64,000 nt of DNA from the IMG/VR virus record IMGVR_UViG_3300028177_000003, positions 1-64,000 of that record; one strand, 5' to 3'. Source of the DNA: a virus. The translations under genes were made by a program, and so were the position numbers. This document shows, piece by piece, positions 55,003 through 61,638 of the stretch (position 1 is the stretch's first letter; every line of letters begins with the position of its first letter). A model generated the notes under the pieces. It saw nothing but the letters and a program-made list of their open reading frames with translations, was not told where the DNA came from and did no database searches.

Positions 55003-55574
55003 CTACGAACCCTGAATGCACCCAGGTAGATCTTGAACCGGGTGAGCGCACTCGCCTGGTTCAACAGGTAGTACAGACGCATGGCGTCTTCGACGTCCCG
55101 CATCGCCGTGTGGCCTCCTTCGAGGGACCATCCCAGATACTCTCTCACCGAGTCCAGCCCTACGCTGTCCAGACCCATAGGGTACAGGTGCTCATAGCAG
55201 AGGGTGATGGTGTCTATCTTGCGGTGGGGGATGCTGAGGGGGACACCTGCCCTCTTGAAGACTCCCTTGAGCATAGCCTCGTCGTACGAGACGTTGTGCC
55301 CTACCAGAATGCAACCCGCCAGGAACATCGCCAAGTCGCTGGCGATGTCTTTCAACAACGGTGCGTCGTCCCAGAGGGAAGGGTTGGCAGCGTAGCCGTT
55401 GACCTCAAGGGCTACGTCCTCTGCAACCTCCAGGTGTTCCGGCTTGATGCGAGTATGGTAGCGGTCCACCCCTCCGCCTGGGCGAACGCGGATGACAGCG
55501 ATCTCGATGACTTCGTGGACAACGGGGTCCAGACCTGTCGTCTCAGTGTCAATAAAAGCCAGCGACTTACGCAA
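54999..55574 (-). CDS. DEDDh 3'-5' exonuclease (DnaQ-like)
   Basis: FIDTETTGLD, EVIEIA, LVGHNVSYD, IDT and HTAMRDV. Confidence 0.9.
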   Translation of the reverse strand: MRKSLAFIDTETTGLDPVVHEVIEIAVIRVRPGGGVDRYHTRIKPEHLEVAEDVALEVNGYAANPSLWDDAPLLKDIASDLAMFLAGCILVGHNVSYDEAMLKGVFKRAGVPLSIPHRKIDTITLCYEHLYPMGLDSVGLDSVREYLGWSLEGGHTAMRDVEDAMRLYYLLNQASALTRFKIYLGAFRVRR

Positions 55575-55596
55575 GGGGTTCTCCGGAGGGAAGCCC

Positions 55597-56379
55597 CTAC
55601 CCCGAACGCATCCTCAAGCTGGGGTTGTAACTGCTGTCTATGTCCACGTGGCCTCGGTTTGCATCCACTCGCACCCGACACCCGGGAGGATAGAGGGACA
55701 GAGCGTCCTCCACCAGGAGCAACAGGATCCCTTGCTCTTGCCCCACCACGGAGAGGTGAGAGAGGGCTCCTCCTCGAGCGGTGACTACGGCACGAGCTGA
55801 AGACGCAGGAATGTAGTAGTCTGCGCTGGCGTAGGGTATCACCGCAAGCTGGTCCAGTCGTAGTTCTTCGTCGGGCTCGGGGTGCACTACGGTCAGGTAG
55901 GGAGTGGCACCGCTCCCAGACAAGACCAGGGCTTCGAACTCGCACATCTTTTGCTGGACTCTGAACTTCATCCGATTAGCGGCGTGCGCCACTGCCTCGT
56001 CCAGGTAGTCTCTGCGCGGGTTCATCCCAGCCCCGAGCATCCAGTCGGTGTGGAACGGGTTGTCGCGGGAGACTTTCACCCCGGACTTGCTCAAGGGAAC
56101 CCAGGCGGGGGCCAGATGGAGTGCATGTGTCTTAGCCAGACACCAGTGGATGAACGGCGCTGAGGGCACCCTGAAGCGATCCCGCTTCTTCCGCCCGCGT
56201 ATGGGGTGGCGAGAGCAAGTCTCCGTCGTTTGCTTCAGGGAGAACCTGTGAGACCCGCAGTGGTCACCGCAGACACGGGGGACCCCCAGGTCGAACCACG
56301 CCCCGTCGAGCGGCGAAACTCTACTACGACCGTCGTCCGGGGCAATGAGAAGGAACTCCTCCCTGCGCGGTCCAGGCAT
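55597..56379 (-). CDS. Protein with C-terminal PEP-utilising mobile (phosphohistidine swivel) domain
   Basis: AVVTARGGALSHLSVVGQEQGI...G..VRVDANRG.V. Confidence 0.65.
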   Translation of the reverse strand: MPGPRREEFLLIAPDDGRSRVSPLDGAWFDLGVPRVCGDHCGSHRFSLKQTTETCSRHPIRGRKKRDRFRVPSAPFIHWCLAKTHALHLAPAWVPLSKSGVKVSRDNPFHTDWMLGAGMNPRRDYLDEAVAHAANRMKFRVQQKMCEFEALVLSGSGATPYLTVVHPEPDEELRLDQLAVIPYASADYYIPASSARAVVTARGGALSHLSVVGQEQGILLLLVEDALSLYPPGCRVRVDANRGHVDIDSSYNPSLRMRSG

Positions 56380-56415
56380 GTCTCTCCGGGTAGCTTCTCG
56401 AAGCTTAGAGGGTAA

Positions 56416-57459
56416 TCACCGAGGTCTTAGCGAGCCCAGATTGAGACCGACCAGGCCCGCCTTGATCTTGCGTGCGCTGGCTCCCAGGAAGCGTAGGTGG
56501 GTCTCACGGGTCAGGCGGAAGGGTCCGTCGGGAGCCTCGACCCAGTTGAGGTTCCGCTTGTTCCAGGAACCTGAATCCCCCACGTGGGTGACCATCCCCT
56601 CGGAGTTGAAGCGATACCACTGAGTCTCGCGGCGGCTCTGCGTCTGGGTGAGCCCGGTGCGGTTGTTCTTCAGGCCGTCCTTGTCCGTGGGCTTGGTCAC
56701 CTTGAAGTACTCATAGCGAGAGTCCAGGCCCAGCTCCAGGGGACCTTCCGCGCCCGAGCAGTGGTAGAGGGACGCCATCGCTGCCAGGAGAGCCCAGGAG
56801 CCGGTCAGGGTCTCCGGCTCAGGGTTGACCCACTCGCCGTCGCAGACATTCGCCTCCGGATCTCCGCCCCACATGTTCCCAGCGGGGCCCTCGATCTTGA
56901 CCGAGTAGACCCGGACCGTCTCCGCCTTGGGCCACCAGAAGTACCGGGTGTTCTCGAACACCTTCCCCGAAGTCCCCATGTCCTCCCGTTCCCAGGTCCG
57001 TCCTGTGTCAATGCGGGGGAGACCCTCGTAGGTCATGCCGTTGTCACGCCAGCAGGAGTCGTGGCAGCCATCAGCGACCACGAAGCCAGGGGCATCCGTG
57101 CGGACTGCCTTCCCGCTACTCCGGCGCGTGTCCGGGATGTCCTTGTTGGTCAGGGACGCCGTCGGAACCCAGGGGGCACGAGGCTTGTTCCAGGAAGAGG
57201 AGTCGTCCAGCTTCGTGTGCGGCTCGGTTCCGGGAAGCACGATGCGCCAGCTGACGTAGTTGGAGGATGCACTGTACTGGGCCCAGTACCGGAAGGTATC
57301 CGGACACTCCTGGTCCTCGTCGTCCAGGGGGTCGCGGACGGCCTCCATGTCAAAGGTCAGCCAACGAGTGGCGGAACACGTCCCTCGGGGCATGACCTGC
57401 TTGACGGTCTCATCGACGAGACCCTGTACGAGGTGGAGGACGAAGTCGGTGCGGGCCAT
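56416..57459 (-). CDS. Hypothetical protein
   Basis: Likely start MARTDF at 57459 (TGATG overlap, RBS GGAG). Confidence 0.6.
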   Translation of the reverse strand: MARTDFVLHLVQGLVDETVKQVMPRGTCSATRWLTFDMEAVRDPLDDEDQECPDTFRYWAQYSASSNYVSWRIVLPGTEPHTKLDDSSSWNKPRAPWVPTASLTNKDIPDTRRSSGKAVRTDAPGFVVADGCHDSCWRDNGMTYEGLPRIDTGRTWEREDMGTSGKVFENTRYFWWPKAETVRVYSVKIEGPAGNMWGGDPEANVCDGEWVNPEPETLTGSWALLAAMASLYHCSGAEGPLELGLDSRYEYFKVTKPTDKDGLKNNRTGLTQTQSRRETQWYRFNSEGMVTHVGDSGSWNKRNLNWVEAPDGPFRLTRETHLRFLGASARKIKAGLVGLNLGSLRPR

Positions 57460-57713
57460 CAGAGAGTCTCCTGAACGGGGGTCTGGCTGTACTTCTCGGC
57501 CAAGTAGGCTTGAAAGCCGCCCTCTGCTACGGTGACTCCGTGGCGCTCGGCGATCGCAACCGCGTCGGCGTGGGACAGCTTGTTCCAGTCGGCGAACGCT
57601 GTCGTGACCTGCTCCTTGGTCAACCCAGTCCACATTTGCAGCTTGTCGTAGAACCACTCCCCCTCAAAGAGCTGGGCGTCCTTCCAGACACGGATGAGGT
57701 GCTCTGCAGTCAT
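57459..57713 (-). CDS. Hypothetical protein
   Basis: Likely start MTAEHL at 57713, just after the upstream stop. Confidence 0.55.
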   Translation of the reverse strand: MTAEHLIRVWKDAQLFEGEWFYDKLQMWTGLTKEQVTTAFADWNKLSHADAVAIAERHGVTVAEGGFQAYLAEKYSQTPVQETL

Positions 57714-57715
57714 GA

Positions 57716-58069
57716 TCAGGCTCCGTACTGGTAGACGATGGTGTCGGACCCGCACAGGGGGCACAGGGTCTCGTCGTGGTCGTCCGGGATGTGCACGTGG
57801 TGCATCCGGTCGTCCCACCCACAGCGGTCGTCCGGGCCCTGGTTGTCCGAGATGTCCGCCCGGTAGCAGGCCGCAGCGTGCTTGCAGGTGCCCGTCTTCT
57901 TCCAGGGCCAGCACGTGCAGGTGTAGTGGTACTCCATGACGCGGTCGGGGCTGTAGTTCCGCTCCCAGGTCACCGTGTAGGAGGACTTTCCGTCCGAGGA
58001 GGGGAACTCCCGGCTCCACTCTCGGGTCTGGGAACAGGCGCGGGCGGTGTGGATGGTCAGGTCAGGCAT
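57716..58069 (-). CDS. SWIM zinc-finger protein
   Basis: SSDGKSSYTV...CTCWPW....CKH (SWIM) plus a C-terminal CPLCG; likely start MPDLTIH. Confidence 0.75.
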   Translation of the reverse strand: MPDLTIHTARACSQTREWSREFPSSDGKSSYTVTWERNYSPDRVMEYHYTCTCWPWKKTGTCKHAAACYRADISDNQGPDDRCGWDDRMHHVHIPDDHDETLCPLCGSDTIVYQYGA

Positions 58070-58208
58070 CAGTTCCACCCCAGGAGGGCTCGGTTGCCAT
58101 TGCGACAACGAAACCCAGAGAGAGGATCACGGTCATCGCCAGGAGCCAACCCGCACCGGCGGACCAGTCCACGGGGGCACTCATGAGGGTCTCGAGGTTC
58201 TGCAGCAT
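58062..58208 (-). CDS. Small membrane peptide (48 aa, not in ORF track)
   Basis: MLQNLETLMSAPVDWSAGAGWLLAMTVILSLGFVVAMATEPSWGGTDA; RBS AGGAGG; directly after the promoter motif. Confidence 0.55.
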   Translation of the reverse strand: MLQNLETLMSAPVDWSAGAGWLLAMTVILSLGFVVAMATEPSWGGTDA

Positions 58209-58228
58209 GTGGGCCTCCTACAGCTCAG

Positions 58229-58256
58229 TTACGTCCCTAAGAACATGAGGGAACCC
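58229..58256 (-). promoter_or_regulatory. Phage bipartite promoter motif
   Basis: GGGTTCCC-N13-GACGTAA, 20 nt before ATG 58208; divergent from the tmRNA. Confidence 0.75.
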
Positions 58257-58316
58257 TCTACGGGGGTAGAAAGCCTATCGCCGAGGTACTCTTGTGTAGT
58301 TGGTCTTTCACATTAC

Positions 58317-58682
58317 GGGGTCGAAACGGTTTCGACAGGGCAGATAAGGTTTAGCAGGCGTGGCAAGGGATGGACCACCTTACGGTTCGGCAAACACAAA
58401 CGCCAACAACAACAACGCTTTCCGGGCTGCGGCCTGAGAAAGCCCTGGGACTTCGTGAGCCCAGGTGACTGTTAGCAAGAGAGTGACTCACTCAGCTTCC
58501 AGTTGTATTTGACGAGTTCGGCAAGCTCTCGGGGTAGCACCTGACCGGGAGACGGAGCACACCAGGAGACGCTGCTCCAGGGGAAAGATCCTGGGACACG
58601 ATGGTTCTGTGAATGGACCAAGGCTACGAAAGCTGCGACACTACGTTTGTTCTGGACGCGGGTTCGACTCCCGCCGACTCCA
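58317..58682 (+). ncRNA. ssrA: tmRNA (SsrA), tag peptide ANNNNAFRAAA
   Basis: 5' GGGGTCGAAACGGTTTCGAC; 3' T-arm GCGGGTTCGACTCCCGC followed by CGACTCC-A. The acceptor stem has G3:U. Tag ORF 58402-58437 (gcc aac aac aac aac gct ttc cgg gct gcg gcc tga). 366 nt; CCA not encoded. Confidence 0.93.
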
Positions 58683-58697
58683 ATCTCATTAGCGAAG

Positions 58698-58729
58698 ACA
58701 GCCCCCACGGCTACCCCCGTGGGGGCTGT
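58698..58729. terminator. Strong hairpin after the tmRNA
   Basis: ACAGCCCCCACGG / CCGTGGGGGCTGT 13-bp stem. Confidence 0.7.
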
Positions 58730-58757
58730 TCGCGTTCCGGAACGGTATCGTAGTGGG

Positions 58758-58943
58758 ATGCTTCTCTTCCTTCTCCTTACAGCCTTCGGCCCTCCTCCCG
58801 TTCCACAGTGTGTCCTGCTCTCCTGCGAGGAAGACACCTGCGTCATCGACACGCCAGAGGGCTACGCGCCGACGTGGCGGAGGCAGGGGTGGAAGGCAGG
58901 AGACCGCGTGCACTGCGTGGACGTAGGGATCGAGCCCACCTGA
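58758..58943 (+). CDS. Small secreted Cys-containing peptide
   Basis: MLLFLLLTAFG hydrophobic start and four Cys; converges on the minus-strand operon. Confidence 0.4.
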   Translation: MLLFLLLTAFGPPPVPQCVLLSCEEDTCVIDTPEGYAPTWRRQGWKAGDRVHCVDVGIEPT

Positions 58944-59133
58944 TCAGAGGTGGAAGGGCCTCTTGCCGAAGACCTTCTTGATCTCCTTGGGGCCCAGCGG
59001 ACCCTTCTCCGTCGGGAGTGCGGGCAATCCAGGAGTTGTTGTTTCTCTTGACTTCGCCGAGGACCCCGGCGTCCCAGGTGACCTGCTTCCAGCCGTCCGC
59101 CCCAGCTGTTCGTGATACCTTGGTGTCCATCGT

Positions 59134-60129
59134 TCAATCCTCGTATTCCTGCATCGCTTGGATGAGGAGTCCTCTGGCCACAGTATTGAGAGGTTCCGCC
59201 GCCTGGCGAATCTCAGATACAGAAATGGGGAACCGCTTCCGCTTCCGCTCGAAGGTGTGCTCGAAAAAGGGGAGGAAGTTCTGAGCCAAGCTCGTGCCTC
59301 CAGCCACCACGAGGGGGATAGCCCGAGGGAGAGCGAACCGGTCCTTGATGAGAGCGAACTCACGGGCGGTCTGGTCGATGCAGTACTCGATCAGGCTCTT
59401 GTAGTACAGCACCAGAGCCTCCTGCTCTCGACCTTCCGGGTTCAAGAGGTCCAGACCCTGCTCCTTGAGAGAGCACATCCGAGAAGCAGTGGAACCCACG
59501 GCCTTCGCGGCACCCTGGTCAATCCAGTCGCCTCCGCGCCCCACGGAGAAGACCAGACCCTCGATTGCGTTCACGGCGAGGGCCACGTTGCACATTCCAG
59601 AGCCGAAGCTGACGGCCAGACCGGAGAACTGCTCGGCAGCGGTCTCCGCGTAGATGATGGCCATGGCCTCGTTCGCCGGGGTCGCTGTGTACCCGCACTC
59701 CGTCACGATGCGCTCAAAGACTCCACGATGGTACACCGTGTCCCGTTCGGAGTCCACGGGTGCTGCCGGGATGGAGAAGTAGCAGTGCTCTCCCTTGACG
59801 GCGGGCTTCCCCAACAGGTTCTGTACCATGACACCGAGGATCTCCAGAGCGTCCATCTCGCCTGCGGCGATCAAACCCCCGCTCAGAGGACGCCGAGCTT
59901 CCCGCCCGAAGACGTTCGCCATCTCGAGAGCTGCGTCGCCGACGACAATGATGCCCTCCTCCCCGCGATCAATGAAGTTGACCCCAGAGAGCTTGAGCAT
60001 CCGACGAGCTCCTGCGTCCAGGTCCAGGAAGGCGTCCCGAACCCGAGCCGTCTCCACCTGCCCGTCCCCCACTCGCTGAGCGCAGACGATGTTCATCGTC
60101 CCGATGTCGAGGCCTTTTCCCTTGTTCAT
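59134..60129 (-). CDS. Actin-like (MreB/ParM/FtsA superfamily) ATPase
   Basis: Phosphate-1 GLDIGTMNI, RRPLSGG, connect NEAMA, phosphate-2 SFGSGMCN, GGDWID, adenosine VVAGGTSL and ARGL. Confidence 0.85.
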   Translation of the reverse strand: MNKGKGLDIGTMNIVCAQRVGDGQVETARVRDAFLDLDAGARRMLKLSGVNFIDRGEEGIIVVGDAALEMANVFGREARRPLSGGLIAAGEMDALEILGVMVQNLLGKPAVKGEHCYFSIPAAPVDSERDTVYHRGVFERIVTECGYTATPANEAMAIIYAETAAEQFSGLAVSFGSGMCNVALAVNAIEGLVFSVGRGGDWIDQGAAKAVGSTASRMCSLKEQGLDLLNPEGREQEALVLYYKSLIEYCIDQTAREFALIKDRFALPRAIPLVVAGGTSLAQNFLPFFEHTFERKRKRFPISVSEIRQAAEPLNTVARGLLIQAMQEYED

Positions 60130-60779
60130 GACTTACCCTTCTTTTGGGCTTTGCGGAGTGCTGCCGAAGCGGCTGCCAAGCCGCCGTCTGAAGTAGACTC
60201 CGACTCCACCTTGATCTGAGGACTCTCCCCGTCGGCTTTGACAATACCCTCAGGGATGAAAACAGGCTCCTCCGGTCCGTCAATCCCAGAACGTGTCGGA
60301 ACAAGCTCCCCTGAAGAGGCAGATGCAGCTCGGTGCACCAGCTGCTCAAGCCGTTGCTCAAGACGTTGTTCAAGTCCGGAGAGCAGGTCGGGCTCAGTTC
60401 GGGCCGGCACCTGGAACCCCTCCAGCATGAGAGCCGCTGTCTCCCGGGCCACCTGGCGGGCCAGAGCACTTGCATCCTTCGGGCTCATCCCCTGCTGTAC
60501 GATCGGCCGAGGGACGGGGAGAGTAGGCATCGCCTGGGGCGGGGCAGTACGAGGGGCTGGGGCGGGCTTGCGAGCCTTCTTCGGGGCCCGAACCCGGCTT
60601 CTTTCCACCCGACTACGCTCCTTTTCGACCACCCGGACCATCCCCATACGCTGCAGCTGCTTGACGCAGCTGGAACCCTGGAACTGGTCTGAGGTAATCC
60701 ACACGGGCGAGTCCCGACCGACCGTGATGCCCAGGTCGTCGATGCGCACTGTAGTGTGTGGGGTTTCTACCAGGTACAC
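60126..60779 (-). CDS. Hypothetical protein coupled to the actin-like gene
   Basis: 217 aa with a Pro-rich linker and coiled coil; ATGA overlap with the actin-like gene. Confidence 0.65.
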   Translation of the reverse strand: MYLVETPHTTVRIDDLGITVGRDSPVWITSDQFQGSSCVKQLQRMGMVRVVEKERSRVERSRVRAPKKARKPAPAPRTAPPQAMPTLPVPRPIVQQGMSPKDASALARQVARETAALMLEGFQVPARTEPDLLSGLEQRLEQRLEQLVHRAASASSGELVPTRSGIDGPEEPVFIPEGIVKADGESPQIKVESESTSDGGLAAASAALRKAQKKGKS

Positions 60780-60780
60780 T

Positions 60781-61371
60781 CTACTCTCCGAAGATGTCGT
60801 ATTCGGAGAGCATACCTTCTATGACCTCCTGCGCGATGGACTCGATTGCCTTGTCCCGCCCCTTGCGGATCCCTCTCTCCAGGAACGTGTACTTCCTGAA
60901 ACCTGGGTGGCGCCAGAGCTTGTGTCCCTGACTGGGGTCCGGGGTCATACGCACGATGACCTCCCCATTTGAGCGTACAATCCGCGCATAGGGAACCTTG
61001 TCTCGGGTCAGCCAGGTCATTTGGAAGGACCGGGGCCTCTGCGGGGAGGAGTTGTCTACGAAGCCGGGAGTCTTAGGGTTGGTGACATGAGCCTCAGCTG
61101 AGGGCCAGTCAGAGAAGATCTCCAGGGTAGACTTCCCCCGGATCCGAACCTGGAAAGACTCGGCGAACCTCCGAGTGTTGGGAATAGGGATCGGCTCTCC
61201 GGGAGCCCGCAGCCCCGACGCCTTCGCCGTGTCCGTTCTGATCTCCTCCCGAATGGAATCTACGATGATGTTCCCGACTTTCAGGAGCTGTTCGGACGTC
61301 AGGACAACACGAACATTGGCAGCCTTCGACAGAGGCTTGCCGTAGACTCCGCGAAGGCGGTCTTTAGCCAC
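60781..61371 (-). CDS. Putative neck/tail-completion protein
   Basis: Basic 196-aa protein ending WRHPGFRKYTFLERGI, typical of virion morphogenesis proteins; position. Confidence 0.5.
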   Translation of the reverse strand: MAKDRLRGVYGKPLSKAANVRVVLTSEQLLKVGNIIVDSIREEIRTDTAKASGLRAPGEPIPIPNTRRFAESFQVRIRGKSTLEIFSDWPSAEAHVTNPKTPGFVDNSSPQRPRSFQMTWLTRDKVPYARIVRSNGEVIVRMTPDPSQGHKLWRHPGFRKYTFLERGIRKGRDKAIESIAQEVIEGMLSEYDIFGE

Positions 61372-61635
61372 CTACTTGAACACTGCCGAACCCACCATGG
61401 ATGACAGGAACTCGTCGCGGTACGACGAGGCGTCCTTCTCGTATTCCCAGGAAACGACCCGTCCGGTTTTGTAGAGGATGCCGCTCGTGCCTGCGCCTCC
61501 CCCGCGCAAGCGAACTTCCTTCCAGGGGGTCCCGTCGAACCAGACCCCCTCGGCCACTACCTGTACAGAAAGGCTGATGCTCCCGGCCTGCTTGGACAAG
61601 CCTTCTTCCGTCAGGATTGCCTTGAGATTCTTCAT
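61372..61635 (-). CDS. Hypothetical protein
   Basis: 87 aa; RBS GGAGG. Confidence 0.55.
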   Translation of the reverse strand: MKNLKAILTEEGLSKQAGSISLSVQVVAEGVWFDGTPWKEVRLRGGGAGTSGILYKTGRVVSWEYEKDASSYRDEFLSSMVGSAVFK

Positions 61636-61638
61636 GTT

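Noticed and set aside
26488-58256. The repeated TTACGTC-N13-GGGAACCC motif as integron attC or CRISPR repeats
   Set aside because: It is not palindromic, has a variable 13-nt core and a fixed distance to start codons, and no integrase or cas gene is present; a promoter fits better.
58651-58682. Stand-alone tRNA (GGTTCGACTCC T-loop)
   Set aside because: There is no anticodon arm; the acceptor partner lies ~360 nt upstream, so this is the 3' end of the tmRNA.
58944-59130. Possible frameshifted small gene downstream of the actin-like gene (MDTKVSR... joined to ...KEIKKVFGKRPFHL)
   Set aside because: No slippery site or homology support is visible; it cannot be distinguished from a decayed or spurious ORF.
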